A stretch of DNA of 64,000 bases from the human T2T-CHM13v2.0 reference genome, Homo sapiens (GCF_009914755.1 NC_060926.1); one strand, 5' to 3'; shown: positions 24,076-41,429, counted from the first letter of the stretch. Program-made: numbers and translations. The notes: generated from the sequence alone by a model not told the origin.

Positions 24076-26074
24076 AGAGTATCAACATTCTTAAAGAAAT
24101 GAGCATAAGGATAGCAAGTACTTTTGTTTAATGAAACCCTAATTTGTTTCTAGTGGAAGATGAATGCAGTTTTCCTTTTTATTTTTGCATGTTTAAATTT
24201 CCTCTTCCTCATTAGATAAAATAAAGAGATAAATGAACTTCATAGTGGTACTTTGCCAAATCAACCTTTTTTTTCCTTCTACCAGTGAATGCTTTTGAAA
24301 GGCTGATGTCAAATAATAGCTATGTTATACAGCCTGTTTCATAAAGCCTGTTAATATTGATCAAATAAGTATTTTCATATTCTTATATGGCAGTTAGCCT
24401 ACCAATTTTTTGGCTAGCTCTATAATATCTAGTATATTCTTATAGACATAATAACTGCCAGGAAAATGTTTGGCCAGACCTCATTCAAGTAAGGGAAAGG
24501 ATATTCATGATTATGTGACATGTATATTTAGAATATAATATTTCAAGTTAGATTTGGCAAGAAAACAGTCATGCACTAAAACATGTGAGATATCTTGAAT
24601 CCTTTTGGAAAAACCCTCAAAGGAAAATAATTTAAGAGCTACTAACATTTCTCTTAGCTCTGACTTCTCAATAAACTTTTGGTACAACATTTGCATTTTA
24701 CTTGACTGGCTTCCTTTCTACATGAACTTTCATTAAACATTCTTCGCTTTCCAAGTGTTCTTTGTCATTAAAAAAAACTGGGTGATTTACATTTTCAGAT
24801 GAATTCATATACACTGAACAAAGATTATTTTATATATTATGATGTTGGGGACATTTCTCCCAATTATGTAAAAATAGTATGAGACACATGATGGATAGCA
24901 ATGTTCATGGAGATGCATGTATAATTAGAACCTCATAATAAATACCATTTCTTGTGTTTGTTGACTACAATTAGCAACTTAAGCCATCAATTGTACTGCA
25001 GCTCTGCTCTACAATCTTCTTCAAGCTACATACATACAGCCAAAATTGAAAAGTGACTTTGCAATCTGACACATCACTTACTGCTTGGGATAACATCTCC
25101 CTAGTCAAATTCAAAGTAATTCTTTGTATAGTATACTGGGGCTACAAAATAAAAATAAAAATCCAGCTGGTTTGATTTCAGTTGTTTTGACTCCCTCTCA
25201 CTATATCAAAACCAATTCCAGTTGGTCTTAGTTAATAAAAATGGTACCAAAATTTATGGAAATTAGGATTGAATATAGGATCATTAAAGTGTTGGTGACT
25301 GTTGCAAACATTAGAGATTGTAAACTTGGTAGGCAGTGTTCAAAAAAGCCTTCTGGTATGGAGATTGAAAGAGAAAGAGATCAAGCCCATTTATCTCTTC
25401 TCTGTATTGTATGTTTCTGGAGACAGAGCTTTAGTTCCAGTAACATTACTCAAGAATATGCCTGGGGAGTCTATTCTTCTGTGAGTCTCTGCCAAAACAG
25501 CTTGGGAAACAGCTGGTGATAATTCTGGCTTCTTTCCCCCGCTCAACAACTGATGTTCAGGAGCAGGAAGGCAATCGGGTGGGTGTGTTCTGAGCCATGC
25601 CATCGCTGCTTCCCCTCAGCTGCTCCTACTCCCACGCAAAAAGGAGCGGACTGGAAGGCTGACTTCCCAGAAGTGGCCTCAAAGGGAGGACAGTCAGTCC
25701 TATAGCTTTAGGTACTGGGGGGAAAAAAATGAATGGTTTTGCCATGTAAAAGTCCAGGGGCAGGATTAGAAAAGACCACGTCCTTCTAATATCTGAAGAG
25801 GAACCTTTATTTAAGATACACTGTTAAGCATTCTAGTCTTTTAAAATGAAACAATGGGATAAGTATGGAAATTGCTGATTTACCACCTACAGATAAATTC
25901 TCTCAATTAACAGAGTTTTTATTAATTATTTTAAATGAGTTACCCTTTTCTTAATCCTGGGCCCTGCTTACCAAGAAGTTCAAAGGTAGTGGTGGTTTTA
26001 GATAAAGATATTGTTGCCTATTTTCCCTTTTAATAGTCTAATGAGGAGGAGGTTTTGCCTCTCCAACTGGAATT

Positions 26075-26200
26075 TTTGAGACATGAATTCTAGTCTCAGC
26101 TTTACCAATATCTAATGTGACTGTGAACAAATAACTTATATTTTCAGTTTCATTTTATTTCTGCAACATGAGAGAATCAGGTTAAAATAGATTCCATGTG
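26075..26200 (+). mobile_element. MIR (MIR3/MIRc-like) fragment
   Basis: 'gagacatgaattctagtctcagctttacca...tgtgactgtgaacaaataactta...cagtttc...tctgcaacatgag'. Confidence 0.55.
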
Positions 26201-26269
26201 CAGTCCCTTGAGCTGACATCAGTACACTGTAATCATAATGCTGAATCAGTGTAGGATGACTTTAATCCC

Positions 26270-27380
26270 TCTTTTACTTGATAGCCTTTCCCACATTTGA
26301 AGACTGCACCTGTGCTCATCCTATATATTTCCCCTTTTAAGCCCATATTCTCTCTTCTTTTTTCTCATGACTCAGTTTCTAGTTAAATTAGCCTGAACAT
26401 GCTCAAGTATATCTAATTGCTTCTTGAACCATGGCTACAAGAATTATACATGATGTCGCAGATGTGGTCCAGTCAATTCAGAGTAGCATTAATTTTTTTG
26501 CCGTTCCATAATTGTCTTGATTTTTGTTAAGCTTGAAGTCAACCCAAATTACCAAATCATTTTAACCCATGTTACCTTTCAACACTGTTTCTTCTAAGCT
26601 CACTTTTTACTTTTATATTGGAGCTCTTTTTGGATTTAAGCAGATATTTTTATCTTGTTTACATACCGTATGTCCATTTTAAGAGGACAAATTTTGGGTT
26701 AAGAGCACAAATTTTGACTGTAGGACCTGTGATTAAATCCTGACTCTGATATTTCTGGCTTTGGGACATCATCAGTATAATAAAGTCAATTATAGGATCT
26801 TAAAGTCTTGATTCTCTCATCTATAAAGTAAGGGCAATACTAAATCGCTTAATATTATTGTGTGAGCTATTTATAGAATTGATATATGCCCAGTCATTGA
26901 TAGGACATCTGGAATGGAGTGAGTGTTCAATGAAGAGTAGTTACTGTTAGTGCCCTAACTCTGTCTTTGACTGTATTGCTATCCCACTAAAGAGATAAAG
27001 AAGTTGTCCATTTTTTGTCTAGGGCCATGATAAAATATTTTAACAGAAAAGGTTTGAGGTGTGAATCTCAAGTATAAAACTACTGATCTCTAGTCAAGTG
27101 TGACTTTTTTTTTGTATTTTTTATTCAACATTCCTTGGACCATATTATTCAACTATATAAACATTCATGTAATATTGTTTTCTGGACCTCATATCTACAT
27201 CCTGTTCACAATAAAAATGTAAAATAATTGGGTTTATTCTGACCTAATTCATTCCTCCTGATGTTATTCTGGTTTCTGATGATTACGACTTTCCTTTCTA
27301 AGACCTTGCAGTCTCATAATAATTTGTTCTCAAATCTTTTCCAAATCGATATCAAGTTTACTGACACTGTACACTGCACC
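26270..27380 (-). mobile_element. L3/CR1 LINE fragments, interrupted by a MIR
   Basis: 'catggctacaagaattatacatgatgtcgcagatgtggtccagtcaattcagagtag' and 'atcgatatcaagtttactgac' resemble antisense CR1/L3 RT region. Confidence 0.5.
26695..26950 (+). mobile_element. MIR SINE
   Basis: 'gggttaagagcaca...aaatcctgactctga...ctcatctataaagtaagggcaatac...gagtgttcaatgaagagtagttactgtta'. Confidence 0.6.
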
Positions 27381-27592
27381 ATTCTCTTTATTCCCCCATT
27401 TCTTGTCACCTGCACTGACACCATTGTTCCTGAAAGACTGACTATTGCTGGTGATCAAATGATTTCTTCCTATTTTCTTCCCACTGTTTTCTCATTCAGT
27501 TGGGTAGTTATTGATCAGGTCAGGACATCTGCTGGTGAGAGAATTTAAATGGTCCTTTCCATATGGTCACTGGTTTGGGTTTCAAATTTCTC

Positions 27593-27891
<299 letters not shown>

Positions 27892-28009
27892 TTAACTTTT
27901 GTTTATTAACAATATACTGTTTGGTAATATTTCTCTTAATACTTACTTCCTTTTCATTCTGTTCAGAATAATTTGTCTTGAGAAGCTTGGGAGCTTCCTG
28001 AGTAGAGCA

Positions 28010-28400
28010 TTGTGGATTTATTAGGATTCCTTTAGATGCCAGTTATAGAGAATCGAATCCAGGGAAACTTATTGGGAAACAACTGAACAGTCTAGGGACA
28101 ATATGGCTCAGACATTGTTGTAGACAAGGATTTAAACACTGCTTCTGGACCCAGCCCTTCTTTTCCTATATGGACCCTTGTTTTCCGTTTAACATGGCTT
28201 CATTTGCAGATATTTGCCCTCTTGTGTATCAGTGTTTGTGGCAGCTCCAGCATCTCAAGTCCAGTGGGAAGGAACATGGGGCTTTCTGGCAATCTGAGCA
28301 AAAATTTCCTGATATTTCATAGGCTCTGCTGGTTTCTCATGCTCCTCCCTGAACCAATCCCTGTAACCAGGGAAATTTACCTGCTGTTTGCCATTCTTGA
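28010..28400 (-). mobile_element. Old MLT1 (K/L-like) LTR fragment
   Basis: 'gtggcagctccagc', 'tcatgctcctccctgaaccaatccctgtaaccaggg' are typical antisense old-MLT1 motifs. Confidence 0.5.
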
Positions 28401-28424
28401 GTTTTTACTAAATTCTGAGACAAG

Positions 28425-28945
28425 TGATGGGGTTCAGGATATGCTACGCCAAAATATGGCACCTTAGCAATTGAAAAAATAATGAAAGCAACAAAGTACT
28501 CTAACCTTTCCCTTGCCCCTTCTCCCCTGAGTAGTCATAAAACATAGTTGGCCTTTCCCTGATGGAGGTCCTAAGACCCTTATTTCAGACGTGCCCTCTG
28601 TAGAACCAGAGGAAAGGAATGTCCTTATCTCTGAAGGACAGAGGGACACAGAGAAGAAGCTGAAAAACCAAGCCTTGCTAAGTTCATCTCAGCTTATTAC
28701 CATTAGATTATACTCTTTTGTCCAATCATACTTTTGCATGACTGTCTACTCTTTATTTAACCTAAGCAAAACAAATAGTTTTCCTTGTATCTTTGAGTCT
28801 TTTTTTTTAAAGTTCCCATGGTATGTAAAACATATATTAAATAAATACATGTGATTTTCTCTTGTTAATCTATCTTTTATTGTAGGTGTCTCTGCCATGA
28901 ACCTTGTGATGATTAAGGAAAAGTTATTACTGTTTCTTCACTGCA
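28425..28945 (+). mobile_element. ERV1 (MER4-group, LTR54/MER101-like) solo LTR
   Basis: Starts TGATGGGGTTCAGGATATGCTACGCCAAAATATGGCACC and ends ...CTGCA. Internal 'gaaaggaatgtccttatctctgaag' and 'attaaataaa' poly(A) signal. No clean TSD; exact family from recall. Confidence 0.75.
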
Positions 28946-29892
28946 AAGGAAAGAACCTAGCTCCACTAGAAGTCTAAATGGGGACCAATCTCCACTATAA
29001 TATTAGGTCTCTAAATAGATGTAGTCCACCAGAGAAGGCAATGCATAATTGTGATCAAACCTTTAGAACAAACCCTTTTTTCCTAATTGTGCTCTCTCTC
29101 ACATGCATTCGCATATGCGTGTGCCCATATGAGTGCACCCATGCACGCAGGCACACTTACACACACACACGTGAGGGTGCTAGACACTCATTAGTTTATT
29201 TTACTCTTCTGAATTCTCATGATCTGTTTAACCTTTTCTTAATAACTAGGCTTTTGCAAACAAAAAATGTTTTTGTTCTAACTTTATAGTGATATTTGTA
29301 TTTAAGTATAAAAGCTTCCCAAACTGTACTAAAATGGCAGTAATGTAATGAACACACAAAGGCAAGAACAGGACAGGAAGGAAACAACTGAAAACTTAAG
29401 TAAACTGAATTTTGGAAGATAAAATTTTTATGAACAAGCAAAATGGAGAAAGGAAATACTTCACACTCTGTACTGAGAGAAGCCAATAATGAATAAGGAA
29501 ATTTGCATTGGAGAATTCCAGAGAGGATCAGTAAGTGAAGGAGATGCTGGAGCTCCACACACATCTGAAAGCAACAATGTGAAGTTGGGTTGAAAACAGG
29601 ATAGTTCATTTACAGTCTGTTAGGAGCACTTAGAACATGCATATTTATTATCTTCTCTCTGCAGAAGACAGATTCAAGGTGTATTCTATGGAGAGGTAGA
29701 CTCTGATCTTAGAAGTCCCAAAAACAGTAAAGTGAGGTGTTGAGTTGAAAATAAAAAGATGAATTCTTCACATTTAATTATGACTTTCATCCTCCTTTTC
29801 CAACTTGACTTTGGAATGATGGTAGCCAAGTTTGTAGCACCAGGCAAGGGACTGATATAACACTGGGGAAACTGACCAGTACAAGAAAAAAG

Positions 29893-30329
29893 TGCGAACC
29901 AGGTTCACTTTGCACTGGTTGCCACTTCATTTCTGTATCTTGGACTGTACTTTTATTGCTTGCACAAGTACAGTTAGACACAATATTCATACACACAGGT
30001 TCCATGAAGTGGGTTTATTACTTATAGATAGGCAGCATGAGGCAACAGAAGCCTAGGATTTATGATTAGTCAGTCCCCCAATGCTCAGAAAAGCTGCCTA
30101 GGTTAGAGGGAGTCTCATTTGCACATGCTCCACTTGCAATGAAAGGGAAAGAGCCCAGAAAGCAGCCTATCCTGAATTTTATAATCTGGGGGCAATGATA
30201 CAGTGGGGGTAAAGCATTGAAGGATATTCTGTTCCGGAGTGGACAGGAATAGAGCCCAGCCTGTTCCAAACAGTTCCTCCTTAAGATATTGCATTCCCAG
30301 CATGTTCTACAGTTATTCTGAGAACTACA
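29893..30329 (-). mobile_element. ERVL solo LTR (LTR47-like)
   Basis: Minus strand begins TGTAGTTCTCAGAATAACTGTAGAACATGCTGGGAATGCAATATC and ends ...GTGAACCTGGTTCGCA (TG...CA). AATAAA lies on the minus strand near 30014-30019. Confidence 0.7.
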
Positions 30330-31555
30330 GAATGAAAATGGAACCCTATTTCTCACCATATACAAAAATTAACTCAAGATCTCAAGATGGATTAAAGACT
30401 TAAATGTAAGACCTGAAACTATAAAAATTCAGGGAGAAAACCTAGGAAAAACTCTTCTGGACATTGGCCTAGGCAAAGGTTTATGACAAATACCACAAAA
30501 GCAAATGCAACAGAAACAAAAATAATAAAATGGGACTTAAAAAAGCTTCTGCATAGCAAAAGAAATCATCAGCAGAGTGAGAAGACAACCTACAAATGGG
30601 AGACAATGTTTGCAAATTATGCCTCTGACAAAGGACCAATGTCTAGAATCTACAAGAAACTAAAACAATTCAACAACAAAAAATACACATCAACCCCATT
30701 AAAAACTGGGCAAAGGACATGAACAAATATTTCTTAAAAGAAAAAATACAAGCAACCGAGCAACCAACAAACACATAAAAAATGCTCAACATCGCTAAGC
30801 ATCAGGGAAATGCAAATTAAAACCACAGTGAGACATCATCTTACACCAGTCAGAATGGCTATTACTAAAACGTCAAAAAATAACAGATCCACATGGATGC
30901 AGAGAAAAGGGAATGTATATTCACTGTTGGTAGGAATGTAAATTAGTTCTACCTCAATGGACAACATTACGGTGATTTCCCAAAGAACAAAAGATATAAC
31001 TACCATTCAACTCAGCACAGCCATTGCTGGGTATCTAACCAAAAGAAACAAAATCACTATATAAATAAGACACCTACACTCGTATACTTATTGCACATTG
31101 TTCACAATAGCAAAGTCATGGAACCAGCCTAAGTGTTCATCAGTGGTTGACTAGATAAAGAAAATGTGATATACATCCACATAGAATACTATACCATGTA
31201 AAAAAGAATGAAAGTATGTTCTTTGCAGGAACATGGATGGAGCTGGAGGTCATTATCCTTGATAAATTAAGTCAGAAACAGAAAATCAAATACCACATGT
31301 TCTTACTTATAAGTAGAGCTAAACAATGGGTACACATGGACCTCAAAATAGAAATAATAGACACTGGAGACTCAAAAAAAGGGAAGAGTGAGAAGGGGTG
31401 AGGGCTGAAAAATTACCCATTGGGTATAAGGCTCACTATGTGAGTAATGGGCACTAGAAGCCCAGTCCCCAGCAATACACAATAGACCCATGAAACAAAC
31501 ATGTATATGTACCTTCTGAATCTAGAATAAAGTAAAACTTAAAAAAATTAAAAAA
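30330..31555 (+). mobile_element. 5'-truncated L1 (L1PA16/17 to L1PB4 class), ORF2 end plus 3' UTR and A tail
   Basis: ORF track fragments 'KWETMFANYASDKGPMSRIYKKLKQ' and 'MFFAGTWMELEVIIL'. 3' UTR 'aaacaatgggtacacatggac...ctagaagccc', AATAAA, A-rich tail. Confidence 0.9.
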
Positions 31556-32119
31556 GAGAATAAAAGTTCCAAATCAAACTTAGAGAGATGAAAACTACAA
31601 TGTCTGAGATAAAAATTATACTGAATGGGAATAACAGCAGATTATATACTGTAGAAGAAAAGATTAGTCAACCTGAAAATATGGCAATAAAAACTATACA
31701 AAATGGAAAATACAGGGAAAAGAGAATTTAAATGCACATAGAAGCAGTAAGATGTAGAATAACTTTAAACAGTGAAATATACACGTAATTAGAATTTCTA
31801 AAGCACTGGAAAGTAGAAAACAAAAAAAAATTGAAAAAGCTAATGGGTGAAAGGGTTTCAAATTTTATAAAAAAATACAACCTTGGGGATACAAGCATGT
31901 CAATGAATTCCAAATCTAGGAAGTATGAAGACAATTACCTCAAGTCAAATTATAACCAAATTGTCCAAAACCAGTGAGAAAGAAAAAAATCTTAAAAACA
32001 GCTAAAGAAGAAAACATATATTACACATGGAGGAGCAAAGATAAGAATGGGAGCAAAGTGCTTGTCAACAATACTACAAATGATGAAACAGCGCAGCAAC
32101 ATTTTTAAATTACTGAAAA

Positions 32120-32540
32120 CAGAAAGACAAATATTGCATGTTGTTACTTGTTTGTGGGATCTAAAATGTAAAACAATTGAACTCAAGGCCATAGAGAGTA
32201 GAAGGATGATTACTAGAGGCTGGTAAGGGTAGTGGGGGACTGGAGGGGAGGTGGGATGGTTAGTAGGTATAAAAAAAATAGAAAGAATGACTAAGACCTA
32301 CTATTTGATAGCACAATAGGGTGACTGTAGTCAGTAATTTCTTAATTGTATTATTTTAAAATAACTTAAAAATGTAATTGGATTATTTGTGACTCAAAGG
32401 ATAAATATGTGAGGGGATGAATACCCCATTCTCCATGATGTGCTTATTTCACATTGTATGCCTGTATCAAAACATCTCATGTACCTCATGATATATAAAT
32501 AAATATGCCTACTATATACCCACAATAATTAAATTTTTTA
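32120..32540 (+). mobile_element. L1MA1/2-type 3' UTR insertion with TSD
   Basis: 'taagacctactatttgatagcacaatagggtgact...cctgtatcaaaacatctcatgtacc'. TSD AAATT(A/C)CTGAAAA at 32107-32119 and 32541-32553. Confidence 0.85.
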
Positions 32541-34321
32541 AAATTCCTGAAAATAAGAAAACAAAACATAACATTATTAACCTAGAATTTTATACATATG
32601 AAAAATATTTGAAAAAGAAAGGTGAAATAAATGTTTTGCAGAAATAAAAAAGGTGAAAGCATTCATCAGGACCAAACCCTCACAACAAGGAAGTTCAGGT
32701 ATAAGGAAAATGATTCCAGATAAAAATATAGCTCTACAAAAAACAATGAAGAGCATTGGAAATAATAACTATATGGGTGAATAGACAATATATATTTTTT
32801 AAAAAATCCTTTAAAATATAATTTACTAAGAAAATAATAATATTGTATGGATTGTATATGTAAAAGTAAAATGTATAACAAATATAGCACACATCAGGAA
32901 GAGTAAAGAAAGCATAGTATTGTAAAGTTGTTATACACAAAGTGGTTATATCACTTAAAGATAGACTACAATAATTTAAAGATATATACTATGCCATAAA
33001 GCAATGACTAAAATAATAAAACAACAAATTATAGTTAATAAGCCAACAAAAGAAATAAAATGGAATCATAAATGTTCAATTAACCCCGAAGAAGGCAAAT
33101 AAAGAAGAAAAAAGGGAAAAAATTTCAGATGAGTTAAATGGAAAATAAACAGCAAGATGTTAGATTCAAAGCTAACTATAGTAGTAATCACACTAAGTAC
33201 AAATGACTTAAATATCCAATTTAAACGGGAATGAATTTGAAATTGGATACAAAAGCAAGATCTAACTGTATGCTGTCTATAAGAAATGCCCTTTAAATAT
33301 AAGATACAAATAGACTAAAAGAATGGAAAAAAAGCCATACTATTATAACACTAATTTTTAAAATAATTGAAAAGATATTATTAATATCAGAAGTATATTT
33401 CAAGGAAAATAATATTTCTAATAATGAGGAAGGTAATTTCCTAATGACTTCATGATTCATCATGAGGATATAACAATGTTAAATGTTTATATACCTACCT
33501 CATAATAGAGCTTCAAAACATCTGAAGCAAAATGAATAGAACTTCAAGTGGAAATAGTCAAATCCACAAATGTTTTTAGGAAGTCTGATAATTCCTTCTC
33601 AACTATCGTTAAAATAAGTAGTCAAAGTCAATAAGGAGAAAGAATATTTGATATGTACTATCAACCAACTTGGTTGATTTAACACCTATAAAGCCCTCTA
33701 CCCACCAACAGAATATATATCATTTGCAAAGTCACACAAAATATTTATTAAAATTGATGATGTTCTGGGCCATAAAATAAGTGGTACTAAGTTTAAAATG
33801 ATTCAAGTTATATAGTGCCTGTTTTCTGAGGACAATGGAACTAAGTTAAAATAAGTAATAAAATAATCCTTTAAAAATTCCCAAATATTTGGAAACTAAA
33901 GAACACACTTAGCCCACTGGTCAAAGACAGAATTAGAAGGGAAATTAGAACATTTTTTCACTTAATGAAAATAAAAATACAACATATCAAAATTTGTGGG
34001 ATGAACTAAAGCAGCACTGAGAGAAAAATTATAGCACTAAATGTACGTATTAGAAAATAAGAAATGTCTCAAATCAGAGACCTCTGATGTCATCTTAAGA
34101 AACTAAAAATGTAGAGCAAATTAAACCTAATGTAAGCAGGAGACAAAATAATAAATATCTGAGCAGAAAGCAATGGAACAGAAAACAGAAAAGCAGTAGA
34201 GAAAATCAATGAATTAAAAAACTTGGTCTTTAAAATTGATAATATTTATTGATGCTAAAATCAGTCGAAGTATTTTATTTTCAGATGTTCTGACTCTGTT
34301 CCTCTTTTATTTATTGCTTCT

Positions 34322-36454
<2,133 letters not shown>

Positions 36455-37323
36455 TTAAAACTCTGCCATCTTCCTCTTTGTCTCACTCCATTGTTTTATA
36501 CTTTATGTTGGTGATTTTTACATTATTACACACATGTTGTCTTAAGGTGATAAATCTCTAACTTGATTAGCTAGTGAAAAATGGTAGAAGATACAATTCC
36601 TAATAATAAAAATGAGAGAAGTGTCGTAACTACAGTATACAGAAATTAAAAGATAAAGAAATATTATGAACATCATCATACCAATAATGTGACAATCTAG
36701 ATGAAATGAACAAATTCTATGAAAGCAACAAACTACTAAAACTCACTAAAAAAGAAATAGGTAATGTGAATATCTCTGTATCTATTATTAATAAAAAATT
36801 AAATCTGTAGTTAATAATCTTCCTACAAAGAAAACTCTGGGCCTACATAGCTTCACTGGTAAATTCTACTAGATATTTAAGGAAGAAATAATATAAAATT
36901 TACACAAACTCTTTGAAAAATTGAAAAGAAGGTAACACTTTCCAACTCATTATATGAGGCTAGCATTAGCCTGATAATTAGCCTGATACTAAAAGTAGAC
37001 AAAGAAATATAAAAAGACATCTACAAGCCAAAACTTCTCATAATCATAGATAAAAAATTCAAAACAAAGTTTTAGCAAATCAAATTCAAAATATATAAAA
37101 AGAATAATACATTTTGACAAAGTGGGATTTATCCAGGAATTACAAGGTGACTTTAATATTTGAGAATCTATTCATATAATTGACTATATAAACTTAAAAA
37201 AATGATGTTTGTAGAGAGAGATTGATTGAATATTTTCTGTACTATTATTTTCTATTTTTTCAATTTTTTCTCTTTATTTCTCTGAATTCGCTCAGATAAC
37301 TTCAAGCTGTCCCTCTTTGTCTA

Positions 37324-37501
37324 TATTTTATTTTCAGATGTGCCTTTTCTCTTCCTCTTTTATTTATTGCTTCTAGATGACAATATTTTACTTTTTAACT
37401 ATTTTTTTTACTCTACCATCTTCTTTATCTCAGTCAATTGTTTTTATACCTTATGTTGGTGTTTTGTCTTCTAAATTATTACACCCATGTTGTCTTAAGG
37501 T
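37324..37501 (+). repeat. Intact copy of an ~180-bp local direct duplication (other copy: 34271-34321 plus 36429-36548)
   Basis: Shared blocks 'tattttattttcagatgt', 'ttcctcttttatttattgcttct', 'atattttactttttaa', 'ttatgttggtg', 'attattacac', 'catgttgtcttaaggt' occur in the same order in both copies. Confidence 0.9.
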
Positions 37502-37630
37502 CCTGTATAGTGCAATGTACTTGTGAGACATATACTTCTATCTGTTATTTTTCTTTCAGAAAGCATTCGGAATTGTTTTGTAAATAATATTTCTTCCTTT
37601 AAATCTTTACTTGCCAAAATATTACTGCTA

Positions 37631-37870
37631 GAGGGGCTGCCATTTAGAGCAAAGTAAGTGAAACACTAATGTTTTAAGGGGCATGATAAAACTCAAAAAG
37701 CAAGATGAATAATATTTTAATAAAATATTTATTAAAATAAAAATTAATTTTAAAATTCTATGATTATCAAAATATCAAAATTTTACATAAAACAGAATTA
37801 GTAATCAAACTCTGCCAATTCATATTGAAGCCTGAGGCAGAGGAAATTTAAGTAACACTGATCCTTGCTT
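37631..37870 (+). mobile_element. Probable hAT-type MITE (MER96B-like)
   Basis: 'caagatgaataatattttaat...caaaatatcaaaatttt...catattgaagcctgaggcagaggaaa...gtaacactgatcct' resembles my recall of MER96B. Confidence 0.55.
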
Positions 37871-38950
37871 TTTTTTTATTTTAATTATTCTGGTGAGCAT
37901 GTAATGATATTTTCTTGTGGTTTTGTAGTTTTGTCTTGAATTTCCCTGATAACTAATGATGTTGAACATCTTTTCATATGTTTACTGGCCATTTGGATAT
38001 TGTCTTTTTTGAAATGCCAAAAATTTTGTTCATTTTTAAGTTGGGTTGTTGCTTTCTTATTATAAATTTGAAAAAAAAGTCTTTACGAATATTCAAAAAC
38101 AAGGTTTATTTTAATTGTTGCAAGTTTCTTTTCTCATTTTGTTGCTTGGTTTTACCCTATTGATGATTGATAAATTGAAGTTTTTAATTTGCAAAAAGGC
38201 AAATCTGTCAACATTTTTCTTTGTGACATGTGCTTTCTTTAACTTAGGAAACTTTTTGACATCCTGAGGTTTTTACAATACTTTCCCATGTTAGCTTATT
38301 TTAAATTAATTTGAAATGTTTTAATAATTACATATACCACACATATACAGAAGCACAAAAATTGTATTGTACAATTCAATAAATTATCAAAAATAGATCT
38401 ATGTGATCACCAATTATGTGAAAAACAGAACATTAAGAAGGCCCCAAGAATCCCATGACATGACCCCTTTCGAAAACTACTCTTTCTCTTTTTTTCTACA
38501 AGTAACCACTATCTTCATGTTTAATGCAATAGAAAAGTTTTGTGCATGTTGAATGTTTTATAAATGGAATCGTTCGTCAAAATTATCTCTTAAGATAAGA
38601 ATTTTGTAAATACCTTTGCTTATAGTTGTAGTTTATTTCATTAGTGTACAGTTTTCATTGTATGGCTATCACAGTTTCTTTACCCAGTGGTCATTTAGAT
38701 CATTTCTAGGATGTTTCTTGGCTTCTGCGAACATTTCATATATTTTTAAATTAACATATATGTTCACCTTTTTTTGCATAAATACATAGATATAGAATTG
38801 GTGGGTCACATTGACAGTGTCTGTTTATATAAAAACCTGCAAAAAACTGTTTTCCCAAGTGGTTTACCATTTTATATTCACACCAACAATATGTGAGAGT
38901 TTCAGTTTTTGGTTATTATTAATAACACTGCTATGAAAACAACAGCATTA

Positions 38951-38973
38951 TGCGTGCGTGTGTGTGTGTGTGT
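38951..38973. repeat. (GT)n microsatellite
   Basis: 'tgcgtgcgtgtgtgtgtgtgtgt' read directly. Confidence 0.85.
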
Positions 38974-39287
38974 AAAATAGATGACTCATAGAATATGCAT
39001 ATGTTTGATATTAGTAGATAATGCCAATTAGTTTTCCAAAGCAGTTGTCAAAATGTACAAACTCATCAGCACTGTGTAAGAGTTCTCATTCCTCCCTAAC
39101 CTGATCAACACTTGGTATTATCAGCCTTGTAATTTTCAGCAGATCTGGTGACTCATCTCATTGGTAGTTTGAATTTGTTAATGAAGCTGAGCAACGTTAC
39201 ATATGTTTGTTGGCCATTTATAGATATTCTTTAATGAAATGTTTGCTTTTTATTTGCTCTCTTGTACCAGTTATTATTTTTTTTACC

Positions 39288-39900
<613 letters not shown>

Positions 39901-41429
39901 TTATCCACTTATTTATTAAAATTCTAATTTTACCTTATTGATCACAGAAGTTTTTCTATATTCTGTATTAGTCCTTTTGGTTATATGTACTAAAAATGAC
40001 TTTCCCATGTATCTTACTGTCTTCACACTATTAATAATGTTTTTGATGAAAAAATATTAATTATAATGAAGTCAGACTTGGCAGCCTTCCTTATGTTTTA
40101 TGATTTGTGCTTTTTGTGTATTCTTTCAGAAATGTTTCATAAACCCAAGATCATGAAAATACTTTCCTAAATTGTTTTGAGACACTGTTGCTTTACATTT
40201 CACATTAAGATTTACAACATTTTGCAATGTATTTTGAAGTATAGTAATGCATAGAAGTCTTTCTACCCCTATTCTCCTCCCTCATCATCTCTATCAAGAG
40301 CATTTATTAAAAAGATTTGTTTTTTCCTTTGTACCTAAGTGACATATTTAATGAATCAACTGCCATATATGCCTGGATTTGTTTTTGAGGTCTGTATTTG
40401 ATTCTTTTGTTTTATTTGTCTCCAAAGCAATACTATACTGATGTAACTGTGAGTTTATAAAAATTTTTGTCAGGTAGATCAATCCTCTCACTTTGTTTTT
40501 CTTGGAGAGTGTGATGGTTATTCTTGGTCTTTTGAATTTTCATATAAAGTTTTAATCAGCTTGACAATATCCATGGTGGAAGGAAGGAGAGAGAAAGAAT
40601 TAAAGAAAGATGAGAAATGAAGGAAGGAAGAGAAAAGGCATAAAAGAAGAGAAAAGATGAAAAACATGCAAAACAGGACAGAAAGAATAAATAAATAAAC
40701 AAATAAGTGACTTATAAAGTTAGGTTATAAATTGGGGTTATTCAGTATCTATAGAACATTTTGAGATAATTGACTTTTTTATGCTTACTCTTCTAATCAA
40801 TGAATTCAATATAATCTCCACTTATTTGAACCTTATTTATTTATTTTTTGTAATGCTTCATAGTTTTGATACATAGGTCTTCCTATCTTTATCAGAGTAA
40901 ATCTGACATGTTTGATATTTTATGCTAGTATCTATAATATCTTTACAATTTTTCACTTATCAAATTTGTATTCTTTATATGTAAAAGTAAGTTCAAAAGC
41001 AAATTAATCTTGTTATACTTGTTTTAACTTCAATGACTTATTTTTACAATCAATTGGATATTCTATTTATACAATGAAATCATTTTTAAATAATTCCAAC
41101 TTTACTTCTTGCTCAATCCTTATATATTTTAGTGGGTTTTTTTTTTGTTTTAATTAACAAGCTAGGGTTTTCAGTAACAGATTTCTTAGAAGTGAAGATA
41201 GTGAGTATTCTCATCTCATTTCTAAATGCAAATGAAAAAATGTCAATATTTCCCAATTTAGTACAACTTATGTTTTCTTTTAGAATAAAATCTTTATTAG
41301 CAAATACAGGAATTTACCATACTTTTAGTTTTCTAAGAATGTTTAACTTAATTTTTGATTACTATCAATGGATGTTGAATTTTATTGCCACTATTTAGGT
41401 GATCATATCAACATTTTAAAATGTTTACC

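Noticed and set aside
29099-29173. Alternating purine-pyrimidine tract as a Z-DNA element
   Set aside because: It is an interrupted, decayed CA/TG microsatellite with no supporting context.
29217-29609. 130-aa minus ORF (and the 125-aa ORF at 19691-20068) as coding
   Set aside because: No recognisable domain or splice context. The 19691 ORF runs through an MLT1 LTR, and ORFs of this length arise by chance across six frames of 64 kb.
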